A DNA stretch of 64,000 nucleotides, taken from positions 79,548,001 through 79,612,000 of the forward strand of contig NC_086097.1 of the NCBI RefSeq assembly GCF_963921235.1. The letters run 5' to 3'. Every line of letters begins with the position of its first letter. Positions within the stretch are counted from its first letter, which is position 1. Below, one piece after another: positions 26,268 through 39,269 of the stretch. A program made the position numbers and the translations under genes. The notes under the pieces are model-generated. The model did no database searches and had not been told where the DNA came from. It was given only the letters and a program-made list of their open reading frames with translations. This DNA is from Mobula hypostoma (lineage: Eukaryota).

Positions 26268-26405
26268 CTCGATAGTTGATAATTTCAGTGCCGAGAACAG
26301 GGGTCATCTCCAGTACTGTGATGAAGGCCTTGTCCATCGACGTTAAGGGAAATGGGGACATGCGGTGTCGTCGTGCAACTTTGCTGATGTCAACTGCGCT
26401 GTGGC
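26268..26405 (-). CDS. gphn: Gephyrin coding exon (end of C/linker region, start of E/MoeA domain), 138 nt, phase 1-1
   Basis: Translates (S)[45 protein letters not shown](D), nearly identical to vertebrate gephyrin as recalled. Acceptor ttttgttctgcttag|GCCAC, donor TATCGAG|gtagga. Confidence 0.97.
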
Positions 26406-26689
26406 CTAAGCAGAACAAAAAAGTAGGATTGTTATTTTTGCCATTTCTAGATCATACAATTAAGGCTGGTGAATGTTTCTGAGTACACTTCCTGCATTAA
26501 AATTAAAAATCATGAATTAACAGACAAAAAGAATTGTGATTGCTCAGTACTGGATTTGAAAATTGGGATTATATCAACATCAACTTTAAAATTATGTATT
26601 CCAAATGACAAATTTGGCATTCTTGCCTAGGTAGAAGATGAAAATTTTATGAATGGATTACTTAACATTTGGTCTATCGAATACTTATA

Positions 26690-27390
26690 TATCCTGTCCC
26701 ATAGAATATGTTCCAATAATTTAACCCCTACTGATGCCAGACTACATGGCCTACAATCTCCAGGCTTATTCTTAGAGCCTTTCTTGAACAATAGAATATT
26801 AGCTATCCTTCAGTTCTAAGGCAGCTGACCCGTAGAGAAAAAAAACACTATCAGGGCTCCTGCAATTTCTGCACTAGCCTCCCACAGGGCCCAAGTAGAC
26901 ACCTTGTCAGGTCGTGGGGACTTGTCTCAAGATAACCTCCCCTTCTGTAATCTGGACCTCTTGCCTCAGTTCTATAGACTCTGTGTTCATCTCCTAAGAA
27001 AATATAGATGCAAAAAATCCAATTATAATCATCCCCATCTCTTTTGATTCCATGCTCAGATAACTATGTTGATCATCAAGTGGACCAATGTTATCCCTTG
27101 CTATCCTCATGCTTTCTTTCAGCCTTCCTGATTCCCTCTTAAGTGTTCTCTTGCCTTTCGTATACGCCTCAAGAGTCTCACTTGTCTCTTGCTGCCTGTA
27201 CTTGCTCTGTACCTCCTTTTTCTTCTCAACCAGAGCCTCAAAAAGCAAAGTTCCATAAACCTGTTAGCCCTGGTCTTTTATTCTAACGAGAACATGCAAG
27301 CTCTGTACTCTCAATATTTCTTATTTGAATGAATGCTAATTACCAAGCATCCTTTTGCTAGTAAACAACCTATCCCAATTCACACTATCC
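26690..27390 (-). mobile_element. Decayed CR1 LINE fragment
   Basis: Translated remnant resembles the CR1 ORF2 linker (NIGPLDDQ...SMESKEMG...FFASIF). Confidence 0.55.
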
Positions 27391-28063
27391 AAACTGGCCT
27401 CGATTAGAAATATTTCTTTTCTTGTAGTATGTTCAATTCATATGGTTCACTAAATATAATATTTGCATTCCTCGAAATGTTGCAAACATTGAATGAAATA
27501 ACATGATCGATATTCAAAACAACCTGCAACATTGCAATGTGTTTCATTCAGAGTCATCACTGAGATATTTACAAAATGTATGATCAACAAAGTCAAAAAG
27601 TATGTGAGCAATTTCAATATTTTTAAAATTTAGAAAATATAATTTGATAGCCACTGATGAGTAAGCAAATTAATAATACAGCAACAAAAATGACTTGCAT
27701 TTACAGCTCCTGTTTTGTGATTGATTCTAAGAAAATAAACTGCATCAACATAATGTAGTACTAAAGCTGGTAGCTACATTGACACATTAAGACAAATGAA
27801 CAAAATTGTCTTTGACAAGGAGATAATGTGATCTTATGCCACCACTTGGATAAAAATGTATCTTATGTATGTCACAAAATCAGAATATTTGGATTGAAAA
27901 GTAGCTACAAATGCTGACATTAAAATTTGGTGAAAGGCATAGTAAACAGTATACTACATCAATTTATTAACACATCATCACAGTGGTTCTGGAGGACAAA
28001 ATGGTTTTCTCTAATATAAGTTTTCTCAGCTTCACATGACTTCTTTAACCTAACCTTTATATG

Positions 28064-31000
28064 ATTGAGAGAAGCGTAGTTTGCGGGCTGCGGAGTGAGC
28101 CGGGAGCAGAGTGAAGGCTTAAGGACTTTGGCTCAACGGGCGAGGCGAAGAAGGTTTGGTATTCATTTTTTGTTGTTATTTAAGGAGCGGGGAAGTATGA
28201 GTGTGAGGGCAGCTTGTTGTTTTTGGTGCCAGATGTGGGAGGCCCTGGAATCTCCAAGCCTCCCTGCCGTCTACATCTGCGCCAGGTGCGCCGAGATGCA
28301 GCTCCTAAGAGACCGCGTTAGGGAACTGGAGCTGCAGCTCGATGACCTTTGTCTGGTCAGGGAGAGTGAGGAGTTGATAGAGTGGAGTTACAGGCAGGTG
28401 GTCACACCGGGGCCACGGGAGGCAGACAAGTGGGTCATGGCTAGGAGGGAGAAGAGGAACAGTCAGGTAACAGAGAGTACCCCAGTGGCTGCGCCCCTTG
28501 ACAATTGGTACTCCTGTTTGAGTACTGTTGGGGGGGATAGCTTACCTGGGGGAAGCGACAGTGGCCGTGCCTCCGGCACAGAGTCCGGCCCTGTAGCTCA
28601 GAAGGGTAGGGAAAGGAAGAGGAGGGCAGTAGTAATAGGGGACTCGATAGTAAGGGGGTCAGATAGGCGATTATGTAGACGCAGTCCGGAGACCCGGATG
28701 GTAGTTTGCCTCCCTGGTGCCAGGGTCCAGGATATTTCTGATTGCGTCCAAGATATCCTGAAGTGGGAGGGAGAGAAGCCAGAGGTCGTGGTACATATAG
28801 GTACCAATGACATAGGTAGGAAAAGGGGAGAGGTCCTGAAAGGAGAATATAGGGAGTTAGGAAGGGAGTTGAGAAAAAGGGCCGCAAAAGTAGTAATCTC
28901 GGGATTACCGCCTGTGCTACGCGACAGTGAGAGTAGGAATGCATGAGGTGGAGGATAAATGTGTGGCTGAGGGATTGGAGCAGGGGGCAGGGATTCAAGT
29001 TTTTGGATCATTGGGACCTCTTTTGGCACAGGTATGACCTGTACAAAAAGGACGAATCCGAGGGGGACCAATATCCTGGTGGGGAGATTTGCGAGGGTGA
29101 CTGAGGTGACTTTAAACTAGAATGGTTGGGGGGTGGGAGTCAAATTAAAGAGACTAGGAGAGGGGAGGTTAGTTCACAAATAGAGAAAGCTAGTAGACAA
29201 TGTGTGAGGGAGGATAGGCAGGAGACAGAGATCAGGAGCACTCAGACCAAAGATGTAGGGGACAAGGAAGAAAAAGATAACAAAGTTGTTTGCTCCATTA
29301 AGGATAAAAGGAGAGTATGAGGTGGAGAGTTTCTTAAATGCATCTATTTTAATGCCAGGAGCATTGTAAGAAAGATGGATGAGCTTAGAGCATGGATTAA
29401 TACTTGGAAATATGATGTTGTAGCTATTAGTGAAATGTGGTTGCAGGAGGGGTGTGATTGGGAACTAAATATTCCAGGATTTCGTTGCTTCAGGTGTGAT
29501 AGAATAGGAGGGGCAAGAGGGGGAGGTGTTGCATTGCTTGTCAGAGAAAATATAACAGCGGTCCTCTGGCAGGATAGATTAGTGGACTCGCCCAGGGAGG
29601 CTATTTGGGTGGAATTGAGGAATAGGAAAGGTGTAGTGACACTTATAGGGGTGTATTATAGACCACCTAATGGGGACCGAGAATTGGAGGAGCAAACTTG
29701 TAAGGAGATAGCAGATATTCGTAGTAAGCACAATGTTGTGATTGTGGGAGATTTTAATTTTCCACACATAGACTGGGAAGCCCATTCTGTAAAAGGGCTG
29801 GATAGTTTGAAGTTTGTCAAATGTGTGCAAAATAGTTTTTTGCAGCAATACGTAGAGGAACCAACTAGAGAAGGGGCAGTGTTGGATCTCCTGTTAGGGA
29901 ATGAGATAGGGCAGGTGATGGAGGTATATGTTGGGGGCACTTCGGGTCCAGTGATCACAATACCATTAGTTTCAATATAATTATGCAGAAGGATAGGACT
30001 GGACCCAGGGTTGAGATTTTTGATTGGAGAAAGGCTAACTTTGAGGAGATGCGAAAGGATTTAGAAGGAGTGGATTGGGGCAAATTGTTTTATGGGAAGG
30101 ATATAATAGAGAAATGGAGGTCATTTAAAGGTGAAATTTTGAGGGTACAGGACCTTTATGTTCCTGTTAGGTTGAAAGGAAAGGTTAAAAGTTTGAGAGA
30201 GCCATGGTTTTCAAGGGATATAGGAAACTTGGTTCGGAAAAAGAGGGGGATTTACAATAAATATAGGCAGCTTGGAGTTAATGAGGTGCTTGAGGAATAT
30301 AAAGAATGTAAAAAGAATCTTAAGAAAAAAATTAGAAAAGCTGAAAGAAGATACGAGGCAGCTTTAGCAAGTAAGGTGAAAATAAATCCAAAGGGTCTCT
30401 ACAGTTATATAAATAGCAAAAGGATAGTGTGGGATAAATTTTGTCCCTTAGAGAATCAGAGTGGCCAGCTATGTGCGGAGCCAAAAGAGATGGGGGAGAT
30501 TTTGAACAATTTCTTTTCTTTAGTATTCACTAAGGAGAAGGATATTGAATTGTGTAAGGTAAAGCAAACAAGAAGGGTAGTTATGGAAAGTATGACGATT
30601 AAAGAAGAGGAAGTACTGGTGCTTTTAAGGAATATAAAAGTGGATAAGTCTCTGGGTCCGGACAAGATATTCCCTCGGACTTTGAGGGAAGTTAGTGTGG
30701 AAATAGCAGGGGCTCTGACAGAAATATTTCAAATGTCATTAGAAATGGGGATGGTGCCGGACGATTGGCATATTGCTCATGTGGTTCCATTGTTTAAAAA
30801 GGGTTCTAAGAGGAAACCTAGCAATTATCGGCCTGTGAGTTTTGACGTCAGTGGTGAGTAAATTGATGGAATGTATTCTTAGAGATGGTATATATAATTA
30901 TCTGGATAGACAGGGTCTGATTAGGAACAGTCGACATGGATTTGTGCGTGGAAGGTCATGTTTGACAAATCTTATTGAGTTTTTTGATGAGGTTACTAGG

Positions 31001-32212
31001 AAAGTTGATGAGGGTAAAGCGGTGGATGTTGTCTATATGGACTTCAGTAAGACCTTTGACAAGGTTCCACATGGAAGGTTAGTTAGGAAGGTTCAATCGT
31101 TAGGCATTAATATGGAAGTAGCAAAATGGAGTCAGCAGTGGCTGGATAGGAGACGCCAGAGAGTAGTGGTGGATAACTGTGTGTTAGATTGGAGGATGGT
31201 GTGTAGCAGTGTGCCTCAGGGATCTGTACTGGGTCCAATGTTGTTTGTCATATATATTAATGATCTGGATGATGGGGTGGTAAATTGGATTAGTAAGTAT
31301 GCAGATGATACTAAGATAGGTGGCGTTGTGGATAATGAAGTAGGTTTTCAAAACTTGCAGAGAGATTTAGGCCAGTTAGAAGAGTAGGCTGAAAGATGGC
31401 AGATGGAGTTTAATGCTGAAAAATGTGAGGTGCTACATTTTGGTAGGACTAATCAAAATAGGACGTACATGGTAAATGGTAGGCCATTGAAGAATGCTGT
31501 AGAAGAAGGACCTAGGAATAATGGTGCATAGTTCCCTTAAGGTGGAATCTCATGTGGATAGCATGGTGAAGAAAGCTTTTGGTATGCTGGCCTCAGAGCA
31601 TTGAGTATAGGAGTTGGGATGTAATGTTGAAATTGTACAAGGCATTGGTAAGGCCAAATTTGGAGTATTGTGTACAGTTCTGGTCACCGAATTATAGAAA
31701 AGATGTCAATAAAATTGAGAGAGTACAGAGGAGGTTTACTGAAATGTTGCCTGGGTTTCATCTCCTAAGTTACAGAGAAAGGTTGAACAAGTTAGGTCTT
31801 TATTATTTGGAGCGTAGAAGGTTGAGATGGGACTTGATAGAAGTGTTTAAAATTATGAGGGGGATTGATAGAGTTAACATGGATAGGCTTTTTCCATTGA
31901 GAGTGGGGGCAATTCAAACAAGGGGACATGAGTTGAGAGCAAAGGGTAGAAGTTTAGGGGTAACATGAGTGGGAACTTCTTTACTCAGAGAGTGGTGGCT
32001 GCGTGGAACAAGCTTCTAGCAGAAGTGGTTGGTGCAGGTTCGATGTTGTCATTTAAAGTTAAATTGGATAGATATATGGACAGGAAGGGAATGGAGGATT
32101 ATGGACTGAGTGTAGGTCGGTGGGACTAGGTGAGAGTAGGAGTTCGGTACGGACCAGAAGGGTCGAGATGGTCTGTTTCCATGCTGTAATTGTTATATGG
32201 TTATATTATATG
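28064..32212 (+). mobile_element. Near full-length CR1 LINE (ORF1 Zn-finger/coiled-coil/SGNH esterase; ORF2 APE endonuclease and RT)
   Basis: ORF1: C..CQMWE..C.RC, VIGDSIVRG, VVVHIGTND. ORF2: YFNARSI, YYRPP, VGDFNFP, LDLLL, NYRPVS, YMDFSKTFD, KYADD. Several frameshifts, and a (ttatatgg) tail. Confidence 0.93.
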
Positions 32213-35199
32213 GAAGCCGGGATCGGATTGCCTCTACGACCTTGCTCTTTTGGCATTAATTTGTGGAGATCAGCAGAGTAAAGAGTTTTTGAAAACAAGG
32301 TAGACAATTTATCCTGCTATGAATTGCCTCAAAATCACGTTGGTGATCTTGTTGTCACTGGTGATGCTATATTTTAAAAATACATTTTCTGAGATTTTGT
32401 ATCTTTTTTCATCAGTAGAACCTTTTGACTGTAGAAGATGAGGCTTTATTACATTAACGGGATCAGACTGTCAATTTTGAAGAGAACTGCCAAATAAGTG
32501 GATGATCGCGCCAAATTGTTATAATGGACTCTCCAACAAAGAAACATGGCTACAAAATAAATGAAGTGCCTGCCAGCTTGGGACCAGCACCCTCTTGTGT
32601 TTAAGACTAATTTTGCCTCTTCTGCAGCTAACAGTACTAACATCCGCAATGCCTTCTTCTTGTGGCTTCAAACTTTCACTTGTTCTCTCTGCTAAACAGT
32701 TCAACATCATGCAGTTTCATGTAGCCTACTTTTAACTCCAATGTACAAAATTGAATTTATATCACTCTTTTCCTGATCCTAGAACATCATAATTGCTTTA
32801 CAACAAAAGAGGCAATTCTAAAGTTCAGTTATAAACACGAGAAATTCTGCAGAAGCTGGAAATCCAGAGCAATGTTTAGATGCTGTTCTAATGTGGTGAA
32901 TTGTGACAGTAACATTTTCTTGCAAATCATAATATTATAATTGACCAGGTATCCAATTTTTGGTGAGGTTATTTGAGGGGAAAAGCATTGGCCATATATC
33001 AAGGTAATATTTCTTTTGTTCTTCAACATAACTTTGATGACCAATTTGGTAGATAGGCAGGTTTTCAGTTTAAAGTATCATCCAATAGATAAAATAGCAC
33101 TCAAACATCAGCTGAAATTATTTGCTTCATAGTGGGACTTGAACTATTTATTCAGCTCCTATGAAAACAACAGCCCTAAAATGAAAGTGGACAAACTTTC
33201 TTCATTCACGTTGTTCTACCTCTGTGCTGTAAATTCCTAGATGTGTGAATTAAGATGCAATTGTGTCAAAGTCAATACTCAGTAAATACCTTCTTAAGTG
33301 TAGAGAAAGAGGCAGAGAGGATAACAAAAGGAATGGAAATAGGAACAATAGAATCATGTTCGCAATTTGAGGAAAAAATGTTATTTAATTTATTCACATA
33401 TCCAACATCAGACTCTCAAAAAAGACACTCTATTCTTCACTCTTTGAGAGCGGAAAACTTTTTAAGGATGTGTTCAAAATCACATTAAGGTTGAGAATCA
33501 TCCCTACTTACTCCTGGGAACCCTGGCCCTGGACTGCTCATAGAGAGAAGAGGCAATCAGGATGGTATTGTAAAACTCAGTCCAGCCATTAGGAGCACAA
33601 AGAAGTTCTGCATAAGTGGTAGAAAAGTGCATGAGCTAACCAACTACCAACCCACCTGCCCTATCAGAAAGAAGCATTTGTGATTCCTCCAAAGGCCACT
33701 TCAGAACTCACATATCCAGAATGGATGCAAGTTATCCTTGATCCTGATGAACTATGCAAGAAGAAGAGTTTTGTGAAATACTAGGCAAAACTGGGAAAAT
33801 TACTCTAGCTGGAGTGTTCTTATATACTACCTGTACCAACATCATGGGCAATCATCTTCTGAGTTCTAACCATTCTGTGATGTACAAATCCTTTTACTGT
33901 TACACTGCACTCGAAATTATTCTCTGAAATAAACATTGTTAATTGTGGTTCTGAATATCAAGGCATATTTGCATCCTCTGGCCTTCCATCATTAACAGAA
34001 GTTCGGATAGCAAGAGTGATATAAAATATTTGTCATGGCAAACTAAAAGTTCAAAATAAATATATTACAATTCACTGCCTGTTGGAGTGAGATTCCAGAA
34101 GTTCATTCCTTCTCACTCAAGGCTTCTTAATTTGAGTGATACTTTAAGAATTACACTATTAATAGATCCTTAGGACACAAATTACTAGCTACAGCATCAG
34201 CGAGATGAACTGGTTTCAGTTCTTTAAATACAGCTATTTCACAAGTAATGCAAATGAAAAGGTTTATTTCATGTTGAAATTTCTTGGTTTTGTCAGGACT
34301 GTTGTAGAAATTGTCCTGCGACCTGCTGAGAATCAGAACACACCTCACAACAAATTTCCAGAAAGATAATAAGGCAATGTGAGACTTTGCAGGATAGAAT
34401 TTATCATTTTACTGCTGAATGAGAGCTGGGTCCATTTATGATGACCAAAAGTGAGTTTCAGGAATAAACAAGGAAACTGGTAATAGCTTAAATATTCCTT
34501 AAGCTACAGTTCTAAATTCCCTCTGACTATATGTTAGGTAATATTTGTCTCATAAGAGGCATTAATTTAAACAAAGCATTACATATTTTAAATTAATTTC
34601 TTGTTACTTTCAATATCTTTGTTGTACATCCAATTATTCGACCAAATGCCTAACTCACCAGTTATCTGGAAAATGATCTAGTGTTTTCTCAGCGTATATA
34701 ATGCATAAACTCTCCTTGGGCATCCAGCCAGGTCTTCTCCCATTTAACTCTTTTATCAATTCCTTTAAACATATGTCCCCAGGTTAATCCCATTGGCTAA
34801 GGGAATAGCTTTTTCCACTTATTCTGTCTAGGAACCTTCATTTCAAACAGCTCAATTATCTCTCTTCAGTCTCCTCTGCAACTATGAAAATAATTTATTC
34901 TTTCCACTTAGTTCAACTTTTTCTGGCCTTGGCAACATCCTTGTAAATCTCTAGTGCACTCTCACCAGCATAATTCCATCATATGATCTCTTCTATGCAA
35001 CAACCCTTTGAGAGTAAGTACAAGTATTGTATTGTAGCCTGTAACTTTCCCAAAAGTATAATCTAGAAGTAAAGTAGGATATATCTCAATAAGCAAACAT
35101 GAAGTTCTTCTTCTTAAAAACCCTTTGAATGACTGAGTGTGTATTGACCATCAAGCACCCATTTGCTTTACTCTAATACAATAAAAAATTTGCCCCACA

Positions 35200-35360
35200 T
35201 TCCTATCAACACTCTTTGTGCTGCTGTAGGAAGCTAGAACACCTGGAGAAACCCATACAATAACAGAGAGGATGTGCAAACCCCACACAGACAACAGTGG
35301 ACGTTAGGATTAATTTTGTTGGTTGGAGATTTGAGGCAGCAACTATCCTGCTGCGCCTTT
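35200..35360 (-). mobile_element. V-SINE fragment
   Basis: gaacacctggagaaacccatacaataacagagaggatgtgcaaaccccacacagaca is the reverse complement of the V-SINE central domain. Confidence 0.55.
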
Positions 35361-36104
35361 CTTAATAGTAAATTGTATTAATCCGAAATAAGCACCCATA
35401 TTAAACATGTTCTGATTCCATCCCAGTAAATATTCAAGTAACAACATGTGAATGCACTTCAGCAACTCATTTTTTTTGAATTTATATTCAACTTCTTTCA
35501 AAGATTACCTGTTAAATGACAATTCATTGAGTAAAACTAGTCTTTCTCCTCTTAGAACATTAATTCATGGCTTATCATTGTTCTTTCCTATAACTATGCT
35601 ACATCAAACAGTCTTAAAATAGTTCCTAACCAGCTCTGATTCATTTCCAAAAATAAACTCAAGAATATTCCCCTCTTTTGTTAAGCTTATGAAGGTAAAC
35701 ACCGGAACAGACCCCTTACTTTCTGGGCTTCAAGAACTTTGTATCCTCCATACCTTGTAAATCTATGATGAAATTCTCAACACCATTAAAGCAGGATTAA
35801 ACCCTGGGTAACAATTCCAGGAGATGAAGAATGAAAATGTCTGAGCTCAAGCAGGAGAAAACTATTTGATTAACCACCTGATTTGCATTTATGCAGACTT
35901 GATTTTTCTATTCCCTCTGGTGTGCTGTCCAATTATGCATAGATCTTTAATAGTCTCCTATTTCTACATTGGAGTAATCCAGTGATGACTGACTTTCAGG
36001 TCCTGCTAATTCATTTTGCTCCTAGCCCCCTTCACAACTTCATCTCTCTTTCCATTTTCACTAATGCCAATAATCAAAACCCAGGGCTTCCCATCCACCC
36101 CTCA

Positions 36105-36665
36105 CAGGGGTAGCATGGTAGCGTAGTGGTGAACAAATCATTTAAAAATACCAGTGACTAGGGTTCAATTCCTGCCACTGCCTGTAAGGAGTTTATACAT
36201 TCTCCCCATGGCCGGGTGGGTTTCCCCATGGGTGCTCCAGTTTCCTCCCACAGTCCAAAGACATACCATTTGGTAGGTTAGTTGGTCATTGTAAATTGTC
36301 CTATGATTAGGCTAATGTTAAATTGGAGAGCTGAAGAGCCGAAAGGGCCTGTTCCGTGTTGTATCTAAAGAAAAATCCTGCAACTGTGCAGTTACTGGTA
36401 GTGCAGTGGTTAGCTCGATACTATCACAGTTGAGGGTGTCAGAATTCAGAGTTCAATCCCAACATCCTCTGTAATGAGTCCTGTGGAATGTGTGAGTTTT
36501 CCCTGGATCCACCAGTTAACGTGCAAAGTCCAAAGACGTAGCAGGTAAGTTAATTGGTCATTGTAAGTTGTCCCGTGATTAGGTTAGGATTAAATCGGGG
36601 TTGTCAGGCGTTGCAGGGCAGTAAGGGCCAGAAGGGCCTATTCTACACTGCATCTCTAAATTAAA
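36105..36665 (+). mobile_element. Two tandem tRNA-derived V-SINEs (HE1-like)
   Basis: ggtagcgtagtggt (A box), gggttcaattcc (B box) and ggtgctccagtttcctcccacagtccaaagac. A second copy begins at about 36395. Confidence 0.75.
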
Positions 36666-38060
36666 AGAAATAAGTAAACCTTCCTAGTCTTTGGTACCAG
36701 TGAAGCTGCACCTCACCGTGATATCTTGTTTGCTGTCAAAAGAATGTTCTTCTAACTGCAACTTCACTTCATCAACTATTTCCTGACTCTTCTACATTGT
36801 GTTTTCGAGTTGTTGATGGGGTCCGAGACCTGGCTCTAATGTACACCTCAGAAGATCCTTTGCCCTCTATGTGCTGAATGAATTGGAGAATAAGATGCAC
36901 TGTAGACATAACTATTCTTTGTGCCAAGTTTTTTGCATTAATTTATGATTCACCGTTCCTCACTCTACCTGCAAATTGAAACTGCGGAGTGGCAATGTCC
37001 TGAACTGTATTGCCCATGTATCTCACAGATTCACAAATGTGCTGATCAAGTTTAAAAACTTAAGCTTCTCCACCTAATGACACCTACTCCATGCGTACCC
37101 TTTTGATGCAACAGGTGCCAATGGGCACTTGATGGAACTCAATGTCCTGTCATTCTAAAAATAATTTAATAGTACAAGACGAGGGGAAAAATCACTAGCA
37201 CTGACCAGTCACTTCCATATTTTGCACTGATGACCACTGAGATTCTTCTTGTCTCTCCTTGAATGTGAAAATGGGGGACACCTCCCTCTCCCTTGCCAGG
37301 GAGAGAGAGAACCTGTGGGTTGTCGAATTTGGATGAAATGCGAAGGTTTTGGGCTAACTTTGGTCTGTGTATTTGCTATTGCTCAGCACACGCTTGGGCA
37401 CAGTGATAGTACCGATGCGTGTTTATTTTTGCTGGTTGGGGGAGGGGGATCATTGCTCGCTGCCACTTACAAGCGGGAGGGGGAAGCTGGGGGGCACTTT
37501 GGGGTTCTCACGTTTAACTGTCGTTCATTCTTTGGGCACTTCTCTGTTTTCGTGGATGTTTTGCAAACAAAAAGCATTTCAGGATGTATATTGTATACAC
37601 TCCTCTGACATTAAACTTGACCTTTGAACCTTTGAATGCTGTGCTCACTTCCAACCTTCATTCTGAAGTTTTATTTACTGAATTAATTAAAAATCACCAG
37701 CTTGTAGTTTTTAAGTTTTTAAACACATTACTTGATTGACTTTAATAATTTCTCTCACATCACCCCGATATGCTATGGTATAACCTGGTAATGTTTATTT
37801 CTCTCATTTGCTCACAGATGCTCACTGGTTCCTACAGTTGTTCCAGGTTCCTATTCTTTCATCATCTGTACTGTGCCCCTACTTCTCTTCAACTCACAAA
37901 GTTTAGTACAGCTGGAAAATCATTTCCTTTTGCTTTTTCTTCTTTTACACTCAATTTCTCTGGTATTTTCTGCTATTTTTGATAAAAATTCTGCATTTCC
38001 TTTGTTTCTTTAATTTAGAAAGCTTGCGATTTGCCAAAGCTCCTTAGCATCCATGAGATA

Positions 38061-39269
38061 CAGTGGCACGCAAAAGTTTGGGCACCCCTGGTCAAAATTT
38101 CTGTTACTGTGAATAGCTAAGCGAGTAAAAGATGAACTGATTTCCAAAAGGCATAAAGTTAAAGATGACACATTTCTTCAATATTTTAAGCAAGAGAACT
38201 TTTTTATTTCCATCTTTTAGTTTCAAAATAACAAAAAAGGAAAAGGGCGTGAAACAAAAATTTGGGCACCCTGCATGACAGTACTTGGTAACACCCCCTT
38301 TGGCAAGTATCACAGCTTGTAAACGCTTTTTGTAGCCAGCTAAGAGTCCTTCAATTCTTGTTTGGGGGATTTTTGCCCATTCTTCTCATTATCCTGTTGT
38401 AGAAGCCATCCTCTTTTCATCTTCGGCTTTTTTACGGACAGTGTGAAGTTTGCTTCCAGAATCTGCTGGTATTTAATTGAATTCATTCTTCCCTCTGCCA
38501 GTAAATGTTCCCCGTGCCACTTGCTGCAACACAAGCCCAAAGCATGATCGATCCACCCCCGTGCTTAACAGTTGGAGAGGTGTTCTTTCCATGAAATTCA
38601 GCACCCTTTTTTCTCCAAACATACCTTTGCTCATTGTGGCCAAAAAATTCTATTCAAAAAGTTCAAAGGAACATCTAAACAAGCCTGATGCATTTTGGAA
38701 ACAGTCCTGTGGACTGATAGAGTTAAAATAGAACCATCTGTAAAAAAGCCGAAGATGAAAAGAGGATAATGATCCTAAGCACACCTCAAAATCCACGATG
38801 GACTACCTCAAGAGGCGCAAGCTGAAGGTTTTGCCATGGCCCTCACAGTCCCCCGACCTAAACATCAACTAGAATCCGTGGATAGACCTCAAAAGAGCAG
38901 CGCATGCCCAAGAATCTCATAGAACCAGAAGCCTTTTGCAAGGAAGAATGGGCGAAAATCCCCCAAACAAGAATTGAAAGACTCTTAGCTGGCTACAAAA
39001 AGTGTTTACAAGCTGTGATACTTGCCAAAGGGGGTGTTACTAAGTACTGTCATGCAGGGTGCCCAAACTTTTGCTTCAGTCCCTTTTCCTTTTTTGTTAT
39101 TTTGAAACTGTAAAAGAAGGAAATAAACATGTTTTCTTGCTTAAAATATTAAAGAAATGTGTCATCTTTAACTTTATGCCTTTTGGAAATCAGTTCATCT
39201 TTTTGCTAGCTTAGCTATTCACAGCAACAGAAATTTTGACCGGGGTGCCTGAACTTTTGCATGCCACTG
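38061..39269. mobile_element. Rearranged Tc1/mariner DNA transposon
   Basis: TA|CAGTGGCACGCAAAAGTTTGGGCACCCC...CTTTTGCATGCCACTG|TA. Transposase fragments occur on both strands (EEWAKIPQTRIERLLAGYKKCLQAVILAKGGVTKY). Confidence 0.9.

Noticed and set aside
36105..36190. tRNA gene
   Set aside because: The A/B boxes run into a V-SINE body and no full cloverleaf is present.
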